Part shown: piece by piece, positions 22,291-32,347 of the stretch | Position numbering within the stretch: position 1 is the stretch's first letter | How the letters are laid out: every line of letters begins with the position of its first letter | Source: Microcoleus sp. | GTDB lineage: Bacteria; Cyanobacteriota; Cyanobacteriia; Cyanobacteriales; Microcoleaceae | Assembly: GCA_052279835.1 (NCBI GenBank) | Contig: CP181291.1 | Coordinates: 512,001 to 576,000, forward strand | Direction: 5' to 3' | Length of the DNA: 64,000 nt | The notes under the pieces: model-generated | Seen by the model: the letters and a program-made list of their open reading frames with translations, nothing else | Told to the model about the DNA's origin: nothing | Database searches by the model: none | Program-made: the position numbers and the translations under genes

Positions 22291-23172
22291 ATGTTAGGAA
22301 CTCCACCGGCTGAATTTGAGGTTGATACTTTATTGGTTTCGCGTTTGCTTGCCGCACAGCACCCGGATTTGCAACATTTGTCCCTTCAATTTATTGATGA
22401 AGGTTGGGATAATGCGATGTTTCGTTTGGGCAATTGCTTGGCTGTACGGTTGCCGCGACGGGCGATCGCAGCAAGGCTATTAGAATCCGAGCAATTGTGG
22501 CTGCCTCAGCTTGCAAATCGATTGCCTATCCCCATTCCAACTCCTTATAAAATTGGCATTCCTAGTTTAATCTACCCCTGGCACTGGAGCGTGATTCCTT
22601 GGCTGCCGGGACAAACAGCCGATCGAGCAAACCTCAATGAAGAACAAGCCCAGCGATTTGCCGAGTTTCTGAAAGCTTTGCACGTTCCTGCCCCAGATAA
22701 TGCACCCGTTAACCCCTATCGAGGCGTACCCCTATTGCAGCGGGCGCAGATGCTGTTCGATCGAATGCAGCGACTAGAAACGCACATAAATTCGATCGCG
22801 CCTATTATTCGATCGCTCTGGCAGGAATCGGTAAATGCACCTATTGATGTGCAACCAACTTGGCTGCATGGGGACCTCCATCCGCGCAATATTCTGGTAG
22901 AAAATGGCAGCATCACAGGTATTATAGATTGGGGAGATTTAACAGCAGGAGACAGAGCTACAGATTTAGCAGCTTTGTGGTATTTATTTCCCGATCGACA
23001 CTTGCGAAAACAGGCGATCACAGCCTACGGCAATGTGTCTGAAGCTACTTTAATCCGTGCCAAAGGTTGGGCAATTTTATTTGGAATTGTGCTGCTGGAT
23101 TCAGGGCTGGTCGATAATCCCCAACACGCGGCGATCGGGCAAAATATCCTGCAATGTGTTGTTAAAAATTAA
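22291..23172 (+). CDS. Aminoglycoside phosphotransferase (APH)-family kinase
   Basis: GWDN..FRLG, RLPR, WLHGDLHPRN and IIDWGD motifs. Confidence 0.92.
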   Translation: MLGTPPAEFEVDTLLVSRLLAAQHPDLQHLSLQFIDEGWDNAMFRLGNCLAVRLPRRAIAARLLESEQLWLPQLANRLPIPIPTPYKIGIPSLIYPWHWSVIPWLPGQTADRANLNEEQAQRFAEFLKALHVPAPDNAPVNPYRGVPLLQRAQMLFDRMQRLETHINSIAPIIRSLWQESVNAPIDVQPTWLHGDLHPRNILVENGSITGIIDWGDLTAGDRATDLAALWYLFPDRHLRKQAITAYGNVSEATLIRAKGWAILFGIVLLDSGLVDNPQHAAIGQNILQCVVKN

Positions 23173-23287
23173 CGATTTTATTGATAAATGTTAAATATTG
23201 TAAAATCACATCAAAAAAGTAGTATTATGAGGTAATATTCGGTCAAAATTAGTACCATCCTTGACTCGAACGAGAGTATTTGTAACT

Positions 23288-24265
23288 ATGCCTATTTCTC
23301 GTCGAACTTTTCTCACAGGAGCGATCGCCACCTCTTTCGCTCTACCTATCACCGGCAATTTATGGGCACAAACTGCTCGACCCATGATGCCCCGCAATAC
23401 TGGCATCTATCGATTTAAGTTGGGAAACTTCAACCTGATTTCGATTAGCGATGGAACATTGAGCGTTCCCGCAGCCATCTTTGCTAGCAATGCCGCACCA
23501 GAAGAGTTTAATCGGGTGTTGCAGCAGGGTTTTCAAGGGGAAAAGCTCACCGTAGATTGTAATGTGCTGTTGGTGGATACCGGACAGAACAAAGTTTTAA
23601 TCGATACAGGCAGTGGCTTGTTGAATGGAGCAACAGTGGGCAAGTTAATCGACAACTTGCAGCAGGCACTGATTAAACCGAGCGATATTACTGCGGTGAT
23701 TTTGACTCACGCCCATGGCGATCATGTGGGTGGTTTGAATGGGAAAAGCGGGTTGACATTTCCCAATGCCCGCTATTTCATCGGGAAACAAGAGTGGAAT
23801 TTTTGGACGGGTAATTCGGTGGATTTACCCAAGTTTGGGGGGCCGGCCGAGATGAAAAAGCAGATGATTGAGATTGCTAAAACTCAGTTAGGTTTGATTC
23901 GCGATCGCGTTACTCAATTTGATGTTAACCAAGAGTTTTTGCCGGGATTTACAGCCATTCCTGCCTACGGTCATACACCCGGTCACGTTGCGATTAGAAT
24001 TGCATCGGGGAATGCGGTGATGGTGCATACGGCCGATACGGTTCACACTAATACAATTAACTTGTGGAATCCAAGCTGGAAACCGATTTTTGATGCCGAT
24101 CGCGAGATGGCGGCCACAACTCGCCAAGCCGTACTGGAAAAAATTGCGCGCGATCGCACGTTAATGTTTGCTTATCATTTTCCTTATCCAGGTATCGGAC
24201 ATTTGCGCGATCGCAATGGTGGTGGATTTGATTGGCAACCTGTCAACTGGCAATTTGAAAGTTAA
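23288..24265 (+). CDS. Tat-exported MBL-fold metallo-hydrolase (copy 1)
   Basis: SRRTFL Tat motif; THAHGDH, GHTPGH and YHFP motifs. Confidence 0.92.
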   Translation: MPISRRTFLTGAIATSFALPITGNLWAQTARPMMPRNTGIYRFKLGNFNLISISDGTLSVPAAIFASNAAPEEFNRVLQQGFQGEKLTVDCNVLLVDTGQNKVLIDTGSGLLNGATVGKLIDNLQQALIKPSDITAVILTHAHGDHVGGLNGKSGLTFPNARYFIGKQEWNFWTGNSVDLPKFGGPAEMKKQMIEIAKTQLGLIRDRVTQFDVNQEFLPGFTAIPAYGHTPGHVAIRIASGNAVMVHTADTVHTNTINLWNPSWKPIFDADREMAATTRQAVLEKIARDRTLMFAYHFPYPGIGHLRDRNGGGFDWQPVNWQFES

Positions 24266-24321
24266 TTCTGGTTACGGGAAGAATACAGAGGTTATCTGCT
24301 ACGATCGCCCCTTGGATCGCA

Positions 24322-24387
24322 CTGTTAGCTACTCTCACCAATGTAGCAGCAGAGCTGATTAATGTTACCGATTTTGTAGAGGTCTAA
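24322..24387 (+). pseudogene. Orphan 3' end of an RTX-protein gene
   Basis: Encodes [21 protein letters not shown], matching the adhesin C-terminus [21 protein letters not shown] (22001-22066). Confidence 0.8.
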
Positions 24388-24434
24388 ATCGATACCAGTG
24401 GGGACACGGCAATGCCGTGTCCTTTGGCCCGCTC

Positions 24435-24893
24435 TCAACCTAATTCAAAGCGCGAGAAACGTTTAACTTGAATAGCTTCACCTACAACAGCGCTATAGCG
24501 ATCGAGCAGGACTTTTACAGTAACCTGTGAATCGCGAATATAAGTTTGTTCCAACAAGGCCTCAACCGACTCAAGTGGAATAGCTGCAATTTGCATGGCG
24601 AGGTTTTTTGCCAATTCTTGAAATGTGGCAGACCGAGCCACAAAATCCGTTTGGCAATTCACTTCTATTAGCGCGCCAATGCTCTTGTTATGATGAATAT
24701 AAGACTCGACAATGCCTTGAGTTGCTTCATTTTTTTGTAAGGCTTGAGCGCGGATTAAGTCGTTTTGACCCAGCCACGCGATCGCAGCTTCCAAATTGCC
24801 CTGATTTTCTGTCAGTGCTTGCTGGCAATCCCCGATCCGCGCCCCGGTTAAATCTCGCAACTGTTTGACGAGTTGGGCTGAAATCCGTGCCAT
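24435..24893 (-). CDS. Short elongation factor Ts paralog (152 aa)
   Basis: ISAQLVKQLRDLTGA..DC..AL.E, EVNCQTDFVAR, MQIAA and RFSRFELG motifs; GGAGG RBS; not next to rpsB. Confidence 0.85.
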   Translation of the reverse strand: MARISAQLVKQLRDLTGARIGDCQQALTENQGNLEAAIAWLGQNDLIRAQALQKNEATQGIVESYIHHNKSIGALIEVNCQTDFVARSATFQELAKNLAMQIAAIPLESVEALLEQTYIRDSQVTVKVLLDRYSAVVGEAIQVKRFSRFELG

Positions 24894-24933
24894 TTTTATC
24901 CCTCCATCACTTGCGTACTTCATATTGTATGAT

Positions 24934-24956
24934 ATTATACTACAATATATCCTACA
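24934..24956 (-). promoter_or_regulatory. Promoter of the EF-Ts paralog with tandem TGTAG(T/G)AT boxes overlapping the -10
   Basis: Minus strand reads TGTAGGAT-atat-TGTAGTATAAT. Confidence 0.6.
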
Positions 24957-25057
24957 TCGCAAAAACAGCATAAAAAACCGAAAATAATTTTGATTCCCTT
25001 AATCCAACCGTCAAGTGTTCACTGTCAACTGTTATTCACCTAGGGAGGACTACTTTT

Positions 25058-27464
25058 ATGCCATCATTGACATCTCCAACCGATCGCACCAGTGGATTAT
25101 ACGTGCGTTCCCCCGAAGCAGAACAACTCGTTTTTCCCCTGAAACATACAGAAGTCCGAGCCCAAATAGCCGGAAATCTCTCGCGAGTTGAAGTCTCGCA
25201 GAAATTTGAAAATCCTTTCACCAAGCCGCTAGAAGCCGTCTATATTTTCCCGCTACCAGCCGAAGCAGCGGTAGATGAGATGGAAATTAAAATTGGCGAT
25301 CGCACAATTAAAGGCAGCATCAAAAAACGCGCAGAAGCCCAACGAATTTACGAACAAGCCAAACAAGAAGGGCGGACAGCCGGTTTGCTGGAACAAGAGC
25401 GAGATAATATTTTCACCCAATCCCTCGCCAACATCAAACCCGGTGAAGAAATCGAGGTCACGATTCGCTATACCGACAGCTTGAAATTTCTCGCTGGGGA
25501 TTATGAATTTGTGTTTCCGATGGTAGTTGGGCCGCGATATATTCCCGGTACGCCGCTGGATGAAACAGCAGCTAGCGGCAGCGCCCCAGCCCCAATGACA
25601 GTTAATTCCGATACCGATGTCGTCCCCGATGCGTCGCGGCTGAATGCCCCGATTTTGCCACCGGGAATGCGATCGCGACACGATATCGGCGTGACGCTGG
25701 AAATTGAGGCGGGCGTACCGATTCGCAATGTCAATTCCCCCTCCCACCAACTGCAAATTGAATATTTTGACTCACCTCAAGATTCCCCAGGCAGCGAGCA
25801 AAAAAACGGACTGAAGGTGCGCGTTCAGTTGGGAAATACAGATACAATTCCCAACAAAGATTTGATAGTGCGCTATCAAATTGCGGGTCGAGAAACCCAA
25901 TCGACGGTATTAACTCAAGCGGACGATCGCGGCGGACATTTTGCAGTTTACTTGATTCCCGCGATCGAATACAAAACCGATGAAATTGTGCCGAAAGATG
26001 TCGTATTTTTAGTCGATACTTCCGGTTCGCAATCAGGAGCACCTTTGCAGCAATGTCAGGTATTGTTGCGAAAATTTATTAACGGTTTGAATCCGGCGGA
26101 TACTTTCTCGATTCTGGATTTTTCCGACAAAGTGCGGCGACTTTCCCAACAACCGCTACCGAATACAGCAGAAAATCGACAACAGGCGATCGCATATATC
26201 AACAAACTCTGCGCTGGTGGCGCTACGGAAATGTTGGGCGGGATTCGCGCGGCGATCGATTTTCCCGCACCATCCGGGCGCTTGCGCACTGTGGTATTTC
26301 TCAGCGATGGTTTCATCGGCAACGAAAACGAAATTCTCGCCGAAGTGCAGCAACACCTAAAACCGGGGAATCGCCTGTACAGTTTCGGTGCGGGGAGTTT
26401 CCGTCAATCGCTTTTTGCTCGATCGCATGGCGGAAATAGGGCGGGGAATCTCGCGGATTATTCGGCACGACGAACCTGTTAACGAATTTGTCGAAAAGTT
26501 CTTCCGGCAAATCAACAATCCGGTGTTAATAAATCTGGAAATTACTTGGGAGGGAGAGGGCGAAAATCCGGTAATTTATCCATCTGTTGCGCCGGATTTG
26601 TTTGCCGAACAACCGCTGGTTTTATTTGGAAAAAAGGGCGATCGCCAACCTGGAAAACTTCAGATAAAAGGGGTTAGCGCAGGCGGACACCAGTACGTCC
26701 AAACCTATGAAATGAACTTTACCGAAACTGGCAATCCGGCAGTTGCCCAACTTTGGGGGCGACATCGCATCAAAGATTTGATGAATCAGATGCTGCAATA
26801 TGAAACTAAGGTGGAGGTGGAAACAGTAACAGAAACGGCGCTAACCTATCAGCTTTTGTCGCAATACACGGCTTTTGTCGCTGTCAGCGATGACGTGCGC
26901 GTCGAACCGGGTGCGGAGTCGATCGCGGTGAATGTGCCTGTAGAAATGCCGGAAGCGGTGGAATATCTGGGCGTATTTGGTGGCAACACAGACTTTATGG
27001 AGCACAGAATGGGATTTTGTCATGAACCTGTTGCAAGCTCTATGGCGTTTCTTGCCTCCGATGAAGAATATGAAGAAATAGAACGCGGTATCTCGCAGCC
27101 CGCGAGGGTTTCTTTTGCGGAGTTTCCTATACTGTACCCAGGGACGAAGCATTACTGTGCAAGCGTAGAACCACCGATATTACCGCAAGTAGAAGTTGTT
27201 AGCGCCCAAGGGTTAGATCCCATAGCAATGGCTAGTTTAAACGAATACTTGGCAACTCTGACTGTGCCGCCCGGTACAAATGGCGAATTGGTGTTAGAAA
27301 TTGTCTTCGGTAAAGTGCGCGCCAGCCAGATAGTTGTGGATGCTGATGCTTCGACTTTGGCGGATGTGAAGTTGCTCCAAACAATTAAAAAATTGCTGTT
27401 TAGCTGGCGCATTCCTCACTCTATTGGGAATACAGTACGGCTGACATTGCGGGTGCGATCGTAA
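25058..27464 (+). pseudogene. VIT + vWA domain protein split by a +1 frameshift at 26398-26400 (true pseudogene or sequencing error)
   Basis: VIT (LEAVYIFPLP) and MIDAS DTSGS motifs. GGG AGT TTC CGT becomes the conserved GAGSSVNR if one T is removed, which joins ORFs 25058-26482 and 26388-27464. Confidence 0.88.
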
Positions 27465-27507
27465 AACAGCTTGAGCTCGCGTCCGTCAAATTACCATCAT
27501 AAAAAAG

Positions 27508-27564
27508 GTTCGTAGTGAGGACTTTAGTCCTTCGATTATAAGGACTAAAGTTCTTACTACAAAC
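27508..27564. repeat. Palindromic dispersed repeat (GTAGTGAGGACTTTAGTCCT...AGGACTAAAGTTCTTACTAC)
   Basis: Long imperfect inverted repeat. Confidence 0.75.
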
Positions 27565-27825
27565 TAATCTTATTGTAATCGTTCGATCGGACATGATATT
27601 AGCCATCTATCTGACGATCGAGTCATCAATCATATTAGTTAATCGATCGCGTAAATAGTTTCCATGCAAAAATCATATAGTAATCTGGGGAAGATTGCAG
27701 TAATATATAAGCCATTCGATAAATAGTATCGCAGTCAGCCATTAAGTAAGTCCACCTAATTAAACGTAAGATCCGAATGACCCAAAAGGTTACTGGCTCT
27801 TCCTTCTTCCTTCTTCCTGATGACT

Positions 27826-27866
27826 GACATCCGTTACATCCGTTACATCCGTTACATCCGCTACAC
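27826..27866. repeat. 9-bp tandem repeat (ACATCCGTT) x4
   Basis: Read directly; flanked by CTTCCTT repeats. Confidence 0.85.
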
Positions 27867-27907
27867 AATCCGTTGCCGAACTTCCTTCTTCCTTCTACTT
27901 AGTAACT

Positions 27908-28885
27908 ATGCCTATTTCTCGTCGAACCTTTCTCACAGGGGCGATCGCCACTTCCTTCGCCCTACCCACCGCCGGTCATTTACTGGCACAAACTCCTCAA
28001 CGCACGATCGCCCGCAACGCTAGCATCTATCGATTTAAATTGGGAAATTTCAACCTGATTTCGATTAGTGATGGAATATTGAACCCTCCTGCTGCACTCT
28101 TTGCCGGCAATGCCACGCCAGAAGAGTTGAAAGAGGTTTTGCGGCAAGGCTTTCAAGGAGAAACGCTCGCAGTTGATTGTAATATTTTATTAGTAGATAC
28201 CGGGGAAAACAAAGTCTTAATCGACACGGGCAGCGGCTTGCTGAATGGAGCAACCGTTGGCAAGCTGATCGAAAACTTGCAGCAGGTACAAATTCAACCG
28301 AGCGATATTACGGTAGTGATTTTGACTCACGCGCATGGAGATCACGTGGGTGGTTTGAATGGAAAAAGCGGGTTGACTTTTCCCAAAGCCCGTTATTTTA
28401 TCAGCAAACAAGAGTGGAATTTTTGGACTCAACCATCGGTGGATTTACCGAAATTTGAGGGGCCTGCCGAGATGAAGCAGCAGGCGATTCAAATCGCTCA
28501 AACTCAGTTAGCTTTGATTCGCGATCGCGTCACTCAATTTGATGTTAACCAAGAGTTTTTGCCGGGATTTACAGCAATTCCAGCCTACGGTCATACACCC
28601 GGTCATGTTGCGATTAGAATTGCTTCAGGAAATGCGGTGATGGTGCATACTGCCGATACGGTTCACATTCATACAATTAACCTGTGGAATCCAAGTTGGA
28701 AGCCGATTTTTGATGCCGATCGCGAAATGGCGGCCGCAACTCGTCAAACTGTATTGGCAAAAATTGCGAGCGATCGCACGTTAATGTTTGCCTATCATTT
28801 TCCTTATCCGGGACTCGGGCATTTGCGATCGCGCGATCGGGGTGGATTCGATTGGCAACCTGTCAACTGGCAGTTTGAAAGTTAA
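27908..28885 (+). CDS. Tat-exported MBL-fold metallo-hydrolase (copy 2)
   Basis: Same length (325 aa) and motifs as copy 1; highly similar sequence. Confidence 0.92.
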   Translation: MPISRRTFLTGAIATSFALPTAGHLLAQTPQRTIARNASIYRFKLGNFNLISISDGILNPPAALFAGNATPEELKEVLRQGFQGETLAVDCNILLVDTGENKVLIDTGSGLLNGATVGKLIENLQQVQIQPSDITVVILTHAHGDHVGGLNGKSGLTFPKARYFISKQEWNFWTQPSVDLPKFEGPAEMKQQAIQIAQTQLALIRDRVTQFDVNQEFLPGFTAIPAYGHTPGHVAIRIASGNAVMVHTADTVHIHTINLWNPSWKPIFDADREMAAATRQTVLAKIASDRTLMFAYHFPYPGLGHLRSRDRGGFDWQPVNWQFES

Positions 28886-29104
28886 TCTGAACCGAGGCGA
28901 ATATCGATCGAACTTGAGTTTCGATCGAACTTCACATCAGCTCGATCGCCGAGCGTGAGAACAACTACAGGCGATCGAGCTGTTTTTGCTGGCATTCGTG
29001 CCACGCGATCGAGATCGGCAAAAAGATCGGCAAAAAGTTCTTCACATAAATGCTGTAAGCTAGAATTTAAGCTTATTTCAGCCACTTTTTAGATCGGCAA
29101 TACA

Positions 29105-29284
29105 ATGGCAGGGTCAGCAATTCCCGATCGACATTACGAACCAAGTCTGCTCGAACCAGTTTATCCTCAGCGGACTCGGAACTTAGAAGAATTAGCAATT
29201 TTGCTGACATCGAAAGCAGGGCAATTGACTCGCGGATTGCATCCGATCGTCCTGCGATCGCAGTCAACACGCAACCAAATCTAA
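29105..29284 (+). pseudogene. Truncated N-terminus of a Fic-family protein
   Basis: MAGSAIPDRHYEPSLLEPVYPQRTRNLEELAILLTSKAGQLTRGLHPIVLRS resembles Fic N-termini; the resemblance stops at HIP1 GCGATCGC (29254-29261). Confidence 0.55.
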
Positions 29285-29289
29285 TTTTC

Positions 29290-32277
29290 CTATAAGTCCA
29301 AATCTAAAATACATAGAAAATCTTCGATCGATTTCATTCCCAAGTGCATTGGGAATGGATGACTAATATTTCCTCTTGTAAATGCTGGAGAAGTTCTTAG
29401 AAAATGCGGTACTCGACAAAGAGCTTTAAGATTTTCTTCTGTTTTAAAATCTGGATGAACAAAAAATGGTAGCATTTCGAGCATTTTTTGATGTTTGTAG
29501 GCAATATTGGCAGCATCTACATTCTCAGCATGAATGCTTTTATACGATTCTCTAGCGTTAGGAGTCTTTTGTTGTTTCTGAGTTGTCGGAATTTTACCTA
29601 CAGAAAAATAGTGTACTAATTCTGGAACTGTTTTATCTATAAATCCACTGAGTTCTGTAAAATCTGAAGTTGTCGCATCTTTATCCCAAGTTGTTCTATT
29701 AGTTACATATTGCGGAGTTTCATTATTGCTCCTAAGACGAATGACACCAAGTAAATTTTCAAATTTTTTGTCATCTCTTTGATATTGACAATTATGGCCG
29801 TACACATGGCTAAAATTTAAAATATCTCGTTGTTCTAATAAATATTCATTTTTCAATTGAAACCAAGCTTGATTGTTGTTGCCATCTTTATTGCGTTCAT
29901 TGCGCCAAACATCAGCTTCAATTAAAGCAATAGTATGATTTTTAATATGATGTGTCATTACATCAGCGACGAACTTTACTAAGTGTCCGCCTTTCATTTG
30001 AAGTTGCTCGATGCTATTTTTATCTTTTTTTCGTGCATCATGAAATAATTTTCCTATTGCTATTCCTGCTTGGGAATAAGGAATCCATTGTTGAGTGTTA
30101 GGAAGTAAAACATCTACTGTACCTGTGGGGTTTAACCGTACAGCTATTGTATATTGAAACGGACTTTTACCGATAAAGTTGTTTTTTTCTATCCGACAAA
30201 AAGCAATTACATCTAGTTTTTGAGCAATATCTTCTGGTATTCCCGCAACTTGATAAACTTCTGATGGTAAACTGTATAATGTTCCTGTTTGACGCAGGAT
30301 TAGATCTAATATTGCATTTAATACTCTTCCCTGAGCCACTTTGCTATAAGTTGTATCGTCTTCTGGCTTTTCTTTATCCTTTGGTTTAACTGTTTGCAGC
30401 ATTTGAGAATTAATATTCTCCAACACACAAGCTTCTCTGACTGCACCGCGAATGCTTTGTTGAGGGTGTATTCCTGGTTGTTTAGTTGTTCCTATTTCAA
30501 TAAGGGCAAAAATATCGTAATTAGTTTTTTGCTCAACTAATGCAATAACTTGCTCCTTAAGAAACTTTTGCCAAGCTTGACGTTTCAACCGATGTTGCTT
30601 GCTAATTTCCTCATCAAAATTATTGTTATCTGAAGGTAATCCAGAGACGAATAATTTTTCTAAGAGATTGGGATCGTTAATCAAAACCTCTCTAACATTG
30701 ATATGCTCGGGAAAATTATCACCATCTTGTAATAATAAAGCGTCGCGTAATTGCTGGCGAGCTAATATTCTTGTGTGTTCTTCGTAATAAATTATAAATA
30801 AATATATCTGTTTGTTATTAGTTGCTCGTTTAATAGCATCTGCAATAACAATTTGCTTTTCCGTTATGTATTGCTGTTTGGCTTCTTCCGTTAACTTTTT
30901 AGGTTTGAGTGCAGATGGCAATAAAGATGCGCGTAGAAATTCATAATCGCGCATTGCTAAAGGCATTTTTTTACCAGCAGGTACAGGACGATCGAATTCC
31001 ATCGCTCGATCGCCAATTAATACACCATTTAGTAATTGCAACACTTGATTAGTAATATCGGCACGTTCTTTTAAACTAAAACCTGTTTTAATATAATGTC
31101 CGTGTCCTCTTCCTTTTTGACCTTCTTGTTTATATTCATAACCTTCGGAATGAACAATATAATATTCATCCTTATTCCAAGCATCGTCATTATCTAAATT
31201 GCCACATTTAATTGGCTTGCTCAAAATCTTTTTAGGCTCAATAAGAGGTCGCGCTTTAAATTTTGCTAGTAAATCTGGTAGTTGTTCTTGCCAACATTTA
31301 CTGGCATTATTTTCAAGTGTTAATCTAACTAAAGTTGAGTCTATCGGATAATTATCTAAACCTAAACGAGCTTGATTCATTCCCATTAAAATTGAAATAT
31401 CTCGCCCATAATTAGCATTAACTAAAGGTTCGTGAGCGTATCTTTGACAGCTTATATGTATAAACACCCAAGGTTTTAAATAACCTTCTGGGTGAAATCT
31501 TCCTGCTTGAGTATGTAAATGAAAATCTAAACGATAAGCAAAATAACCTTCTCTTTCTTGGGCGTTATCCTCACTACTTTTTCTGTAATCTTCCTCAATA
31601 TAAGTTGCTTTAAAAGGTTGACTAACTAAATGTAAGCCTGTTCTTGTCGAACTACCTCCTTGTACTTTCCGCCATATGAGCGTTTCTTTTGTATCTTCGG
31701 AAGAAATAGTGCAGGTTTGTTCGTGCAACAAAGTTACTAATATACTTGGTATGGCTTGATAACCCAAGCCATTTTTAGTATTAATATCTTGAATTAAAGT
31801 ATCTACAGCAATAAGTTCCCACTGCCAACTTTCAGGGATTTTATCTATGGCTTCTATAAAGCGATCGCATACGGATTGAATCTCATCTTTATTACCTTTA
31901 TTTCCTAAATACTGCTCAGTCCAAGTCTGCGCCCAAATATAGATTAATTCGTATATTGGAGCTGTTGTTGGTACATTTAACTCTGTTCCCGTGCCAACCG
32001 CTAAAGCGCGACGTTGAGGAGTGTAATCTATAGTTTCTAGGTATTCAAAGCCGTGCGTCAAGGTGGAACTACAAGCGAGCATACCATTATTTAATTGACG
32101 GTATGGCGCATAAACTGTAGTTTTATTGCGCAATACTTTTTCGATACCTTGGCAAAAGTCTTTGACTTCTTTAGCGAAAGGAAACATTAATACAGCAATT
32201 TTTACGTCGGATAGCGAATCGATCGCTAAATCCATACGCGCAGGTAAAGCAACGGTAGAGTTATTTTTTTTAGGCAT
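29290..32277 (-). CDS. pPIWI-RE protein (prokaryotic Argonaute-related; X, MID and RNase H-fold PIWI domains)
   Basis: About 995 aa, GGAGG RBS before MPKK. MID-like IRGAVREAC..ENINSQML and LDLILRQTG; signature VIRLR..NETPQY; C-terminal P.PMHL; third gene after REase and helicase. Confidence 0.88.
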   Translation of the reverse strand: MPKKNNSTVALPARMDLAIDSLSDVKIAVLMFPFAKEVKDFCQGIEKVLRNKTTVYAPYRQLNNGMLACSSTLTHGFEYLETIDYTPQRRALAVGTGTELNVPTTAPIYELIYIWAQTWTEQYLGNKGNKDEIQSVCDRFIEAIDKIPESWQWELIAVDTLIQDINTKNGLGYQAIPSILVTLLHEQTCTISSEDTKETLIWRKVQGGSSTRTGLHLVSQPFKATYIEEDYRKSSEDNAQEREGYFAYRLDFHLHTQAGRFHPEGYLKPWVFIHISCQRYAHEPLVNANYGRDISILMGMNQARLGLDNYPIDSTLVRLTLENNASKCWQEQLPDLLAKFKARPLIEPKKILSKPIKCGNLDNDDAWNKDEYYIVHSEGYEYKQEGQKGRGHGHYIKTGFSLKERADITNQVLQLLNGVLIGDRAMEFDRPVPAGKKMPLAMRDYEFLRASLLPSALKPKKLTEEAKQQYITEKQIVIADAIKRATNNKQIYLFIIYYEEHTRILARQQLRDALLLQDGDNFPEHINVREVLINDPNLLEKLFVSGLPSDNNNFDEEISKQHRLKRQAWQKFLKEQVIALVEQKTNYDIFALIEIGTTKQPGIHPQQSIRGAVREACVLENINSQMLQTVKPKDKEKPEDDTTYSKVAQGRVLNAILDLILRQTGTLYSLPSEVYQVAGIPEDIAQKLDVIAFCRIEKNNFIGKSPFQYTIAVRLNPTGTVDVLLPNTQQWIPYSQAGIAIGKLFHDARKKDKNSIEQLQMKGGHLVKFVADVMTHHIKNHTIALIEADVWRNERNKDGNNNQAWFQLKNEYLLEQRDILNFSHVYGHNCQYQRDDKKFENLLGVIRLRSNNETPQYVTNRTTWDKDATTSDFTELSGFIDKTVPELVHYFSVGKIPTTQKQQKTPNARESYKSIHAENVDAANIAYKHQKMLEMLPFFVHPDFKTEENLKALCRVPHFLRTSPAFTRGNISHPFPMHLGMKSIEDFLCILDLDL

Positions 32278-32347
32278 AATCTGTCCTCCAAATGAAAAAA
32301 GTTTTTTACTGTGGTAACGGGAAGCAATCCTCACTCTACAAAATATT

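Noticed and set aside
22291..24265. APH + MBL genes as an antibiotic-resistance cassette
   Set aside because: Both belong to broad families, the MBL has the HxHxDH hydrolase pattern, and no mobilising element is present
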